From positions 26,096 to 90,095 of the IMG/VR virus record IMGVR_UViG_3300034200_001099: 64,000 bases of DNA; one strand, written 5' to 3'. The position numbers and the translations under genes are program-made. The notes under the pieces are model-generated. The model was not told the origin of the DNA. It searched no databases and worked only from the letters and a program-made list of their open reading frames with translations. Positions 1-9,429 of the stretch are shown here, piece by piece; the stretch's first letter is position 1; each line of letters starts with the position of its first letter. This DNA is from a virus.

Positions 1-467
1 TGATAATTGCTGGTAAAAGATATATTGAATTAATCAAAGAAAGAGGGTGCGTGTTGATTGATACTGAGATTGTTTTAGGGCACCCTGAACTTGGATATAC
101 CGGTCAACCCGATAAGGTATGGTTGGTTATTGGAACAAACGGAAAGGTCGGTATTTTGATAACAGACTGGAAATCAAATAAGCCAAAAAACTTTGAGGTT
201 ACTCGTTATACAAAAAAAATGAAAAAACCTTTTGAAGATTTACCTGACAACGCATTGGGTCACTATAACACTCAATTACCCTTTTATGGTAAACTAATTT
301 TGAAAATGTTGGAAGGATCAAAATATGAAGACATACAACTTTTAGGTTGTATTATTGTGTTAATAACAGAAGAAAGAGAGTATCACGAACATCGAGTTTC
401 TAAAAAAACTATAAATAAAATTCTTGAAATGGATATAAAACAACATTTGACTAAACTTAAAAAATAA
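1..467 (+). CDS. PD-(D/E)XK Cas4/RecB-like exonuclease, 5'-truncated by the window edge
   Basis: Frame is open from the window start; motifs E...GQPDK...ITDWKS...HYNTQLPFY. Confidence 0.75.
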   Translation, partial: IIAGKRYIELIKERGCVLIDTEIVLGHPELGYTGQPDKVWLVIGTNGKVGILITDWKSNKPKNFEVTRYTKKMKKPFEDLPDNALGHYNTQLPFYGKLILKMLEGSKYEDIQLLGCIIVLITEEREYHEHRVSKKTINKILEMDIKQHLTKLKK

Positions 468-475
468 ACTATTAT
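447..475 (+). promoter_or_regulatory. sigma70-like promoter TTGACT-N17-TATTAT
   Basis: Exact 17-nt spacing; ATG at 481 follows 5 nt after the -10 box. Confidence 0.5.
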
Positions 476-480
476 TGAGT

Positions 481-570
481 ATGGGAACTACAACTACACC
501 AATTTGGTATACCAACACAAGTTGGGACACCACAACAATTAAAATAAATGTAAATTATATTATAAAATGA
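481..570 (+). CDS. small hypothetical protein (29 aa, not in ORF track)
   Basis: MGTTTTPIWY...; directly after a promoter-like motif; stop overlaps next ATG (ATGA). Confidence 0.4.
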   Translation: MGTTTTPIWYTNTSWDTTTIKINVNYIIK

Positions 571-785
571 GCGACGACATCATAAGACCAAAAATTAACT
601 TGAAAGAACAAAAAACGATCAAGTGTGAAAAATGTGAATCAAAATACTTCAAAGAAGTAACAATGTTAAAGAAAGTTCCTAAATTATTAACAGGAAGTCA
701 TGAAGACACAATTGTGCCATTTCCTACATATATGTGTAATGAGTGTGGTTATGTGAATAAAGACTTTGAATTATTTATTGACTGA
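567..785 (+). CDS. zinc-ribbon protein
   Basis: CEKC...CNEC pairs. Confidence 0.7.
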   Translation: MSDDIIRPKINLKEQKTIKCEKCESKYFKEVTMLKKVPKLLTGSHEDTIVPFPTYMCNECGYVNKDFELFID

Positions 786-931
786 TGAGATTAGGGGACA
801 TGACAATTAGTGAAGCTTATCCACATCTTAAAATTGTGGCATTGGCGTATGATTTAAAATTAAACAGGGTTAAAGATTTTAAGTTTGCTAGACTTATCTT
901 GGCCAATCTTTATAATAGAGAATCATGTTAA
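785..931 (+). CDS. small hypothetical protein (48 aa, not in ORF track)
   Basis: MRLGDMTISEAYPHLK...; TGATG overlap with upstream stop, fills the gap. Confidence 0.5.
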   Translation: MRLGDMTISEAYPHLKIVALAYDLKLNRVKDFKFARLILANLYNRESC

Positions 932-1161
932 CATACAAAGAATTTTATATTTGGTTAGAGGGTTATCTTTATGGTAAACTTGAAAATAAACAGATTGATA
1001 TATCACCAATTGTTGAAAAGATGAGCCATGTTAAGGAGGAAAAACATGAATCAATTAAAATCACACCATTTGAGAGAATACCAATTCCAATAAACCCAAT
1101 TACAATAAACCCATTTTCAGAAGATGACGATTTGGGATATCCACCAAAAATAGTAATGTAA
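925..1161 (+). CDS. hypothetical protein
   Basis: ORF in tightly packed operon. Confidence 0.65.
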   Translation: MLTYKEFYIWLEGYLYGKLENKQIDISPIVEKMSHVKEEKHESIKITPFERIPIPINPITINPFSEDDDLGYPPKIVM

Positions 1162-1163
1162 TT

Positions 1164-1541
1164 ATGAAATCAAGTATAATATTAAACATCTTTTTGTTTT
1201 TTATTACATTCACATCTGTATCTCAGATAATAGGAGCGACATATAAGCTTGATAGTATAGAAATTGCTCAATATGATTTACCGACAGAGGTGACATGGTA
1301 TAACGCTAAAAGAGAGTGTAAAGAATTAGGTAAAGGTTGGAGATTACCAACTAAAGACGAATTAGAAAAAATGTATGAAAATAAGGACCTTATCGGTAAT
1401 TTTGTTAATACTAATTATTGGAGTTCTACAGAGTATAGTTCTGATTATGTTTGGATGCAAGTGTTTACACACAAACTTATAGCAATAACCTTAAAAGAAG
1501 GTCATATTAATGCTAGAGCAGTTAAAACAATAAAACAATAA
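1164..1541 (+). CDS. secreted DUF1566/Lcl-type (C-type-lectin-like) protein
   Basis: Signal peptide; WRLPTKDEL and YWSSTE motifs, C-terminal ARAVK. Confidence 0.75.
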   Translation: MKSSIILNIFLFFITFTSVSQIIGATYKLDSIEIAQYDLPTEVTWYNAKRECKELGKGWRLPTKDELEKMYENKDLIGNFVNTNYWSSTEYSSDYVWMQVFTHKLIAITLKEGHINARAVKTIKQ

Positions 1542-1551
1542 AATAATAAAA

Positions 1552-2172
1552 ATGACTAATTTAAAAAAAGTATTTACTGAAATATACGAAAGTAATTCTT
1601 GGACTAGTTCCGAAAGTAGGTCAGGACTTGGTTCTGAATTGCTTAGCACTGAAACAATACGAAAAGAACTACCAGAAGTATTTAAAAAATTCAACATTAA
1701 AAGTGTTTTGGATATACCATGTGGGGATTTTAATTGGATGAATAATGTTGACTTAAAAGAGGTCCATTATATTGGTGCTGATATTGTGGAAAATATGATT
1801 GAGGACAACAAAAATAATTTTAAAGATTATGAATTTAAAGTTTTAGATATAACTGAAGACGATCTACCCGAAGTAGACTTAATTTTTGCTAGAGACATTT
1901 TAGGTCATTTTGATTATGAAAATATTGAAAAAACAATAAAAAACATAATTCGTAGTGGCAGTAAATATTTGTTAACAACTTCTTTTACAAAATGGGAATA
2001 TAATGTAGACATAAAAAATGGTGATTGGAGACCAATAAATTTAATGTTAAAACCATTTTTATTTAAACCAATTTATCTAATTAATGAAAATTGTTTTGAA
2101 GGAGATTTTCAATATAATGACAAATGTCTTATATTATTTGACTTAAATAAACTTTATTGTGGATTAAAATGA
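1552..2172 (+). CDS. class I SAM-dependent methyltransferase
   Basis: SRSGLGS, VLDIPCGDFNW, YIGADIV, DLIFARD motifs. Confidence 0.8.
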   Translation: MTNLKKVFTEIYESNSWTSSESRSGLGSELLSTETIRKELPEVFKKFNIKSVLDIPCGDFNWMNNVDLKEVHYIGADIVENMIEDNKNNFKDYEFKVLDITEDDLPEVDLIFARDILGHFDYENIEKTIKNIIRSGSKYLLTTSFTKWEYNVDIKNGDWRPINLMLKPFLFKPIYLINENCFEGDFQYNDKCLILFDLNKLYCGLK

Positions 2173-2948
2173 TTAAAACTTTAGTTCACTTTTCTGATTT
2201 ACATATCAGATTATATAAGGATCACGATTTATACCGTTCAATATTAGAAACGGCGATTGAGCAATGGAAAGAATTGTCTCCTGACCGTATAATTTTTACG
2301 GGTGATTTAGTTCATTCTAAAAACCAAATGACACCTGAACTTATTGAGTTCGTTGCTTGGATTTTAACTGAATGTTCTAACATTGCTAAAACAATAATTA
2401 TACCTGGTAACCACGACTTTTTGGTAAACAACACTGAAAGATTGGACGCACTTACACCAATTATTAATTCTTTGAATAACCCAAACATTGTATATTATAG
2501 AGACAGGGGTGTGTATGAGGATGATAATGTTAGTTGGTGTGTGTATTCACAATATCAGGGAAATATACCACCAGAAATCACTGAAGCAAATGGTAGACGT
2601 ATTGGATTATTTCACGGACCTATTTCAGGGTTAAAAACAGATCTTGGTTTTGAGTTTGGTGAAGAAGCTTACGAGATTGAAAAGTTTGATGGTTTGGAAA
2701 CGGTATTATGTGGTGATATTCATAAACGTGCTGAATTTCAAATTAAGGGAGGTAAAGGGTATATGATTGGATCCACAATCCAAAATAACATTGGTGAAAG
2801 TATTGGAAGACACGGATATGGGATTTATAATGTTGAAACTAAAGATTATTCTTATGTAGATGTGCACAACCCAAAACCGTTTTTAAAGTTCACCATAAAA
2901 TCTTTTGAAGATATTGAAAATGGAACCGAATTACTCAAAAATATTTAA
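2169..2948 (+). CDS. SbcD/Mre11-like (gp47-like) nuclease
   Basis: HFSDLH, GDLVH, PGNHD, FHGP, GDIH metallophosphoesterase motifs; near an SbcC-like gene. Confidence 0.8.
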   Translation: MIKTLVHFSDLHIRLYKDHDLYRSILETAIEQWKELSPDRIIFTGDLVHSKNQMTPELIEFVAWILTECSNIAKTIIIPGNHDFLVNNTERLDALTPIINSLNNPNIVYYRDRGVYEDDNVSWCVYSQYQGNIPPEITEANGRRIGLFHGPISGLKTDLGFEFGEEAYEIEKFDGLETVLCGDIHKRAEFQIKGGKGYMIGSTIQNNIGESIGRHGYGIYNVETKDYSYVDVHNPKPFLKFTIKSFEDIENGTELLKNI

Positions 2949-3678
2949 TAAAGAAATTCTCAACAGTATTGATAGTTTTTGTAAACTCAATAATATTGAT
3001 GATGTTGATAGTTTTATTAAAAACGTTTTTCAAGAAGGGTTTAACATAAAGAAGTATGGTCTTTTGGAAAAAACACTTAATGAAGGTGAAAAACACTTAA
3101 AACCAAGTGTGATTGAAGAAAAACGAGTGGAAATTGAGGTAATCCGAGAAATACGGGTGGAAATACCGGTTGAAGTTATTAGAGAGGTTGAAAAAATAGT
3201 TGAGGTTATTAAAGAAGTGCCTGTTGAAAAAGTGGTTATACAAGAGGTAATTAAGGAGGTTCCTGTTGATAGAGTGGTTGAGAAAATAATTTATACTACT
3301 GACGATATTCAAATAAACGAACTTGGCGGAAAAATTGCCGAGTTGGAAGAAGAAAGACAAATATTTTCCACTAAAATTGCCGATTTGGAAGAAGAAAGAC
3401 AAATATTTTCCACTAAAACTGAAGAAATGGAAAATAATTTCCAAAATGAAATATCTAAAAAGGATAAAGAGTTAGGTGATCTTAGACAAAAATTAGATGA
3501 CCCTGTGACAAATGATAAAATAAAACTCCTCCAAGAAACGCTCCAAAACTTGAGAGGTGAACTACAACAAAAGAACGAACAAATAAGGGAGATAGAAAAA
3601 ATAAACCGAGACCTTTTGAATGGTAATCAAAATCAAGCATACCTTCTGAGGGGATCAAATTTAAATAAAAGAGTATGA
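2920..3678 (+). CDS. EVPVE-repeat coiled-coil protein
   Basis: Val/Glu-rich EVIKEVPVEKV repeats followed by coiled coil. Confidence 0.7.
   Translation: MEPNYSKIFNKEILNSIDSFCKLNNIDDVDSFIKNVFQEGFNIKKYGLLEKTLNEGEKHLKPSVIEEKRVEIEVIREIRVEIPVEVIREVEKIVEVIKEVPVEKVVIQEVIKEVPVDRVVEKIIYTTDDIQINELGGKIAELEEERQIFSTKIADLEEERQIFSTKTEEMENNFQNEISKKDKELGDLRQKLDDPVTNDKIKLLQETLQNLRGELQQKNEQIREIEKINRDLLNGNQNQAYLLRGSNLNKRV
3331..3414 (+). repeat. 42-nt tandem duplication (KIAE/DLEEERQIFST x2)
   Basis: Two near-identical 42-mers at 3331 and 3373 (1 mismatch). Confidence 0.9.
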
Positions 3679-4034
3679 TAACACAAATTTTAGTATGGTT
3701 CATAATGAGTTATGGATTAATGAACATTATGGTCTACGGATCAATTTTTCAAGGATTAAGAGATTTTTTAAAAAGATGGGGAGATAATAAACAATTGCCT
3801 TTTAATTTTTTAGGTAATTTCCTATCAGGTTTAATCAATTGTCCATTATGTTTTTCAACATGGGGTGGATTTGTTTTATCCTTATTGATATTCTCGCCAA
3901 CAAATCATATATTTAACACACCTTTAAGTTATTCATGGTTCTTTGATGGTATTACATCCGCAGGTGCTGTATGGGCGATAAATGGTATAATAGAATGGTT
4001 TGAAGAAAATAGACCAAATAATAATAATAATTAA
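3675..4034 (+). CDS. membrane protein with CxxC (DUF1360-like)
   Basis: Hydrophobic helices; LINCPLCFSTW. Confidence 0.6.
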   Translation: MITQILVWFIMSYGLMNIMVYGSIFQGLRDFLKRWGDNKQLPFNFLGNFLSGLINCPLCFSTWGGFVLSLLIFSPTNHIFNTPLSYSWFFDGITSAGAVWAINGIIEWFEENRPNNNNN

Positions 4035-4044
4035 TAAAAGTAAA

Positions 4045-4428
4045 ATGGGAAAAGAAGCAAAAAAACACAGAGCAAAGGTTGCAAAAAGAAATGCAAAAGT
4101 AAAAGAACAAAAATCAGGAATGCAAAAAGCCTTTGATTTATTGATGAAACAACAAATTGATGCTATGGCAAACGAAGAAAATCTTAAGGCACAAATTGGT
4201 GATCAAGAGTTAAATTTTGAAGTTGTTGAAGAAAAAACAATTGATCACGCATTTAAATTTACTCCAAACGAAGAAGAATCTCAAAAAATTAACAAAGAAT
4301 TTGAAGGTAACGTCTCATTTAAAGAAGAAAATCCTGAATTTATGTCTATAAATCAAATTACAATAGATGATTTTGAATCTAACAATAACGAACCTATTGA
4401 AGACCAAATTTCTGAGATAGAAAAATAA
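4045..4428 (+). CDS. hypothetical protein
   Basis: ORF; ATG at 4045 preferred; basic N-terminus. Confidence 0.65.
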   Translation: MGKEAKKHRAKVAKRNAKVKEQKSGMQKAFDLLMKQQIDAMANEENLKAQIGDQELNFEVVEEKTIDHAFKFTPNEEESQKINKEFEGNVSFKEENPEFMSINQITIDDFESNNNEPIEDQISEIEK

Positions 4429-4429
4429 A

Positions 4430-6802
4430 ATGGATTTGTTTAATCCGCCAAAATTATTCAATTACAATATAATGATAAAAGATTTAGATTTTTCCAAGTT
4501 TGAAAACCCAACTATACAGGTCGTATGGGAGGATTTACCGGAAAACTTTACACAAGATAAAATCAAAAGTGTGAAACATTACTTCCAAAAAAAGTATAAT
4601 ACCACTAATGTAAATGTTTTAACTAAGTCAAAGAATGTTGAAACAGATGAGATACAAAGTATTGATGTGTCTGTGAACATATCTGATTCAAATTATCAAC
4701 TTGACTTACTGAAGAAGTTTGTTGATGCCAAAGGGTATTCTAACTACCAAGATGATGTTTTATCGATCAATAAAATGGTTGATAATAAAATGTTGGAAGA
4801 AGAAGGTAATCAGGCTCAATTTAAGAAGTGGTATATTAGAAATATAGAATTCTCCAATTTCTTATCGTATGGTGAGAACCAAAAATTAGATTTTGATAAA
4901 TTGAGTGGTATTGTGGTGGTTGAATCAGATCCACCTAATTTTGGTGGTAAAACAATTTTAAGTGTGGACCTTCTAATGTTCTTATTCTTTAATGAAACCA
5001 CAAAAACAACAAAGGCGGAAGAAATATTTAATCGATTTACGGATAAAGATAAAGTAACGGTTAAAGGTGAAATCACAATTGACGGTGAGGATTATATTAT
5101 TATTAGAAACATTGAAAGAAAGTTATCTAAGAAGAACGAATGGAATGTTAAAACCGAATTGGACTTCTTTAAGAAGTTATCTGACGGTAGCTTACAGAAC
5201 TTTACTGGTGAACAAAGAAGGGAGACGGAAGCGTTCATTAAAACGTCCATAGGAACAAAAGAAGACTTTCTAATGACAATCCTAACAACGGGATCAAATC
5301 TTGAGGAGTTGTTGGAATCAAAACCAACCGCAAGAGGTCAGGTGTTGTCTCGTTTTATGGGTCTTGAATTCTTAAAAAGAAAAGAGGAAGTTGCCAAAGA
5401 AATTTACTCTGAGTTTTCAAAACAAAAGATATCAAACATATATTCGTCAGAGTCATTAAAATCTGATAATGAAGGTTATGAAACCAAAATTACAGAGTTA
5501 AGTGGGGAAATTGTGAAATTTAACACAGATTTGGTAGTTATTGATGCATCAATTTTAAAAGGGAAAGAATACCGTGATGATATTATAAAGAAAAAACACG
5601 GTAATATCGATAAGGAGATTAGTCTATTGGATCCAGAAAAAACTAAACAAACAATAAATGGGATTGGTTTTGAAAAATCTGAATACATTACCAAAATGAA
5701 TGAAATTAAGGTGGTTAAACCATCTGAGTTTTATCATGAGGATAAACACGATGAAGTAAAAGAACAATACAAAGAGGTTTATCAAGAGAAAGTTCAGATA
5801 GATACAAACATTAAATCAATAGAAGAACTTAAAAGTTCAGTTGAGGGTGGAATCAAATGTGAGCATTGTGGTATTGAATTAATGAATGCTGCAATTACTA
5901 ACGCAAAGATTGCCGAACTTGATGGTTATATCATGCATAAAAACCAAAAAGAGGGGTTAATGCAGGTTTTAACTAACAAAGAACAGTCATTTGTGCAACT
6001 TAAGAAAGACTTTGATGAATATGAGAAAAACAAACTCATCAAAGAGAAATATGAATTGAGTATTGAGAGTTGTGACCTTAAAATTGGTGGGTTAAAAGAT
6101 AAACTTAAAAGGTGGGAGGAAGTTCAAGATAAAATTAAAGAGAATACCTCAATAGACACAATTTTGATTAAAGCGGATCTTAGGTTGGACGAGTTGGAAT
6201 TAAAAAAGAAAGGGGTAAACGCAAGTATTTCCGAAAATAAGTTTAATATTAAAAACTTGGTTGAAAAGATTGATAACAACAAAAAGATGATTGTTAAAAT
6301 CAAAGAAGAAGACGAAAAAGAAAAGATATATAAAATATATTTGGAGGCATATGGTAAAAATGGGGTAACCAAAATAATTATGAAGACTATGATGCCAATC
6401 ATTAACTCGGAACTCCAAAGGTTAATGGAAGATAGTTGTTACTTCAAATTAGAGATTATAATTAACGATAAAAATGAGGTTGAATTTATACAAATTGATA
6501 ATGGTACGGGAATTGAGAAGTTAATGACCAGTGGGTCAGGATTTGAAAAAACAATATCATCTTTAGCGTTGAGATCGGTACTTAGTAAGATATGTACTTT
6601 ACCACATCCCGGGATTATTATTTTTGATGAGGTTTTTGGTAAAGTGTCAAATGATAACCTTGAAATGGTTGCCGAGTTTTTTATCAAGATAAAAGAATAT
6701 TTTGATAAGATTTTCATCATAAGTCACAATCCTTTGGTGTCTCAACTTAGTAATTGTGTTGTTAAGATTACAAAAGAAAATAATATTTCAAAAGTTTTGT
6801 AA
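4430..6802 (+). CDS. SbcC/Rad50-like (gp46-like) ATPase
   Basis: NFLSYG, Walker A NFGGKT, CEHC zinc hook, signature SGFEK, IIFDEVFG, IISH. Confidence 0.9.
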   Translation: MDLFNPPKLFNYNIMIKDLDFSKFENPTIQVVWEDLPENFTQDKIKSVKHYFQKKYNTTNVNVLTKSKNVETDEIQSIDVSVNISDSNYQLDLLKKFVDAKGYSNYQDDVLSINKMVDNKMLEEEGNQAQFKKWYIRNIEFSNFLSYGENQKLDFDKLSGIVVVESDPPNFGGKTILSVDLLMFLFFNETTKTTKAEEIFNRFTDKDKVTVKGEITIDGEDYIIIRNIERKLSKKNEWNVKTELDFFKKLSDGSLQNFTGEQRRETEAFIKTSIGTKEDFLMTILTTGSNLEELLESKPTARGQVLSRFMGLEFLKRKEEVAKEIYSEFSKQKISNIYSSESLKSDNEGYETKITELSGEIVKFNTDLVVIDASILKGKEYRDDIIKKKHGNIDKEISLLDPEKTKQTINGIGFEKSEYITKMNEIKVVKPSEFYHEDKHDEVKEQYKEVYQEKVQIDTNIKSIEELKSSVEGGIKCEHCGIELMNAAITNAKIAELDGYIMHKNQKEGLMQVLTNKEQSFVQLKKDFDEYEKNKLIKEKYELSIESCDLKIGGLKDKLKRWEEVQDKIKENTSIDTILIKADLRLDELELKKKGVNASISENKFNIKNLVEKIDNNKKMIVKIKEEDEKEKIYKIYLEAYGKNGVTKIIMKTMMPIINSELQRLMEDSCYFKLEIIINDKNEVEFIQIDNGTGIEKLMTSGSGFEKTISSLALRSVLSKICTLPHPGIIIFDEVFGKVSNDNLEMVAEFFIKIKEYFDKIFIISHNPLVSQLSNCVVKITKENNISKVL

Positions 6803-6821
6803 CTAATTAAAATATTATCCG

Positions 6822-6829
6822 TATATTTG
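6822..6829 (+). promoter_or_regulatory. Bacteroidota-type -7 promoter TAnnTTTG
   Basis: TATATTTG, 4 nt before ATG 6834. Confidence 0.65.
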
Positions 6830-6833
6830 TGGT

Positions 6834-7424
6834 ATGGAAAATAAAATCATCAAATTTAAAGTTACTAAAAAAGAATCAAAAAATTACTCTGATGTCCAAG
6901 AACACACTTGGATTTTAGATAATCAGTTAGATATAGATTATGTCCTGTCACACCCCAAGTTTTCAAAATTTAAACTAGCGGCAACAATTGTCAAATCTGA
7001 AAATGCCGCAGGTTTTAAAATATCTTTAGAACCTGAATTCGTAAATAAACCATTTGTTATCTATATAGTTGTTAAATGTAGTAAAGTTTTAAAAGGTGGT
7101 AAATCAAAAAATAAATTAGATACTAGATCTTATGGTGCGGGAACTGAAAAAAGTTGGACCATGAAAGGGACCCCATCGGAAACTAATTATGTTTGGTCAC
7201 AAATATTTAGAGAATCTTTAAATGACGGATACCCAATAACTTTTTATGGTTATGTTGTCCCATCATCACTACATACTTATCCATCGTTTGATGGTGAAAT
7301 AGTTACTGAGTTAGTTGCCGGTCATTATGAAACTGAAGAAAAAAAATTAAATTCACTATTAAATTCACTTAACGGTAAAAAAGTGATTGGTGAAGGAGAT
7401 CTTCTCTGTAAATTAAAAAAGTAA
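6834..7424 (+). CDS. GIY-YIG family endonuclease, Hpy188I-like putative restriction enzyme
   Basis: VIYIVV..VLKGGKS...SYGAG...KGTPSETNY...ETEE resembles the Hpy188I pattern (SYNCG...GTCSTTNY) as I recall it; adjacent to MTase genes. Confidence 0.6.
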   Translation: MENKIIKFKVTKKESKNYSDVQEHTWILDNQLDIDYVLSHPKFSKFKLAATIVKSENAAGFKISLEPEFVNKPFVIYIVVKCSKVLKGGKSKNKLDTRSYGAGTEKSWTMKGTPSETNYVWSQIFRESLNDGYPITFYGYVVPSSLHTYPSFDGEIVTELVAGHYETEEKKLNSLLNSLNGKKVIGEGDLLCKLKK

Positions 7425-7438
7425 ATTTATTTTACTCT

Positions 7439-7465
7439 GCTCGGATATATTTACTTTATCCGAGC
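7439..7465. promoter_or_regulatory. perfect 9-bp inverted repeat between endonuclease and MTase (operator or terminator)
   Basis: GCTCGGATA-N9-TATCCGAGC. Confidence 0.55.
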
Positions 7466-7501
7466 TATTTATTAGAATAATAAATATATAAAACTTATAA
7501 T

Positions 7502-8419
7502 ATGAAATTTGATTGCTTACTAACTAACCCACCATACCAAGATTCTTCACACGTTGAGAAGAAAAACACTCTTTGGAGAAAATGGATTTCCTTTAATGAA
7601 AAAATTGTTAAGGATAATGGTATCACATCTTTGGTTATACCATCTTCATGGATGGGTTCAGGACCTATACTTAGGGAAAACTTTTTGGAAAACGGAAAAG
7701 TTAAATATAATTTAACTTATATTAATAGAGATGAGTGTAAAAAACATTTTCCAAATGTTGGTTCCACATTTTCATATTTTGTAATGGAGAATAAAAGTTA
7801 CCAAAATAAAACTTCAATTTTATCTAAAAACATCGATGGAAAAATTGAAGTTGTTAATAATTTAAATTTAAATCAATCACTTTTAGAAGTTTTCCCTAGA
7901 GATTTAACTGATTTAGGATTGTCAATAATAACCAAAACTTTAGGGTTGGGGGTTGAAAAATTAGGTATTATTAATAACACATTTAATCATAGTGTTCACA
8001 GAACTAAATGGAGTTTGGATCAAACTGAAGAGTTTTGTTTCCCTATTCAAAATACCCCGTCAAAACTTTATTGGTATAATTACGCTCACCCACATCAAGG
8101 ATTAGAGAAACTACTAATACCAACAACAACATATTTCAGGAAACAATCGATTAGTAGTTACGGAGTCACCCAAAGTTTTTGTTATTTGTTAATTGAAAAT
8201 AATTTGAATCCTAATATTGTATTAAATAACATAAATAATAAACTATTTGATTATTTAAATGAGTGTTTTAGGTATGCAAATTGGAATTCAGTTAATTTAC
8301 TTAGAAAATTACCTAAAATACCTTTAACTCAAGATCTTACTGATAACGATATATTTGAGTTTTTTAAATTGACCACTGAAGAAATAAATCATATTAATAA
8401 AATTATTACATGGAGATAA
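7502..8419 (+). CDS. adenine DNA methyltransferase, catalytic + TRD half (Eco57I/TaqI-like)
   Basis: Starts at MKFDCLLTNPPY; VIPSSW; HFPNVG; no motif I. Confidence 0.8.
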   Translation: MKFDCLLTNPPYQDSSHVEKKNTLWRKWISFNEKIVKDNGITSLVIPSSWMGSGPILRENFLENGKVKYNLTYINRDECKKHFPNVGSTFSYFVMENKSYQNKTSILSKNIDGKIEVVNNLNLNQSLLEVFPRDLTDLGLSIITKTLGLGVEKLGIINNTFNHSVHRTKWSLDQTEEFCFPIQNTPSKLYWYNYAHPHQGLEKLLIPTTTYFRKQSISSYGVTQSFCYLLIENNLNPNIVLNNINNKLFDYLNECFRYANWNSVNLLRKLPKIPLTQDLTDNDIFEFFKLTTEEINHINKIITWR

Positions 8420-8835
8420 TTGATTATATTTCTCATGTTAGAAATAGAGACTACATGAGTGGGATTGAAAGGGATTCACACCGAATTAAAGTGACTGCGG
8501 AGATTTTTACAAAAACTGAATTGGTTGTAGAAATATTGGATAAAATAGAATTGACACAAACTGATATTTTTTTTAATCAAGATAAAACATTCATAGACAA
8601 TTCCTGCGGTGATGGACAATTCCTATCCGAAGTTGTCATTAGAAAGATGGAAAGAAGTGGATGTTCTTTAAACCAAGCTCTTAACACAACATATGGTGTT
8701 GATCTAATGGAAGATAATGTAAATGAGTGTAGAAAAAGACTTGCTGGACCAAACCCAACTACTGAAATATTGGAGATTGTTAATAAGAATATTGTTTGTC
8801 ACGACGCTCTAACTTATGATTACTCATTTGAATAA
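8410..8835 (+). CDS. adenine DNA methyltransferase, SAM-binding half
   Basis: AEIFT, FIDNSCGDGQFL (motif I), YGVDL, NIVCHDAL. Confidence 0.8.
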   Translation: MEIIDYISHVRNRDYMSGIERDSHRIKVTAEIFTKTELVVEILDKIELTQTDIFFNQDKTFIDNSCGDGQFLSEVVIRKMERSGCSLNQALNTTYGVDLMEDNVNECRKRLAGPNPTTEILEIVNKNIVCHDALTYDYSFE

Positions 8836-8874
8836 AAAAATTTAAAAAAATAGAACCAATTCCAACTTTATCCG

Positions 8875-8882
8875 TATATTTG
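8875..8882 (+). promoter_or_regulatory. Bacteroidota-type -7 promoter TAnnTTTG
   Basis: TATATTTG upstream of ATG 8905; part of a 16-bp direct repeat with 6815-6830. Confidence 0.6.
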
Positions 8883-8904
8883 TAAAACAATTTAAAACAC
8901 ACAT

Positions 8905-9420
8905 ATGAATTACTTACTTTTTGTATATTACGACAACACCGTAGAAAACTCGGAAGAGAAAACAAACGAAATTGGAGGATCAATTGCTGATCAAATGAGT
9001 TCTAAGGAAGTTAAATACATGTTTGGAGACAAACATGCGATATTTCACTTCGCATCTGGATTACCTATTGATGAAATGGCGGGATGGATAGACATCATCG
9101 TAGATGACTTGGATTGTTTTGAGTATTTTTTAATACCAAAACCAAGAAATTCAGCATCAAATCTTGATAAAGACAACTTAGATCACCTTCTTTCGTTAAA
9201 GAAGACTATTAAGAAAAAACTTACACCAAAATTAAGAACAAAAAACCTAAAAGATGGTGAATCATTTATGGATATTGCAGATCTAATTTTTAATTTTAAA
9301 AAGAAGGAAGTTTGTAATATGACACTTGATGATTTACTTGATAAAATAGGTGAAGAAGGCCTCGGTTCTTTAACAGAACTTGAAAAACAAAAATTAGACG
9401 AATATTCAAAATCAATTTAA
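8905..9420 (+). CDS. hypothetical protein with DUF6576-like C-terminus
   Basis: LDDLLDKIGEEGLGSLTELEKQKL. Confidence 0.65.
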   Translation: MNYLLFVYYDNTVENSEEKTNEIGGSIADQMSSKEVKYMFGDKHAIFHFASGLPIDEMAGWIDIIVDDLDCFEYFLIPKPRNSASNLDKDNLDHLLSLKKTIKKKLTPKLRTKNLKDGESFMDIADLIFNFKKKEVCNMTLDDLLDKIGEEGLGSLTELEKQKLDEYSKSI

Positions 9421-9429
9421 TTAAAATAT

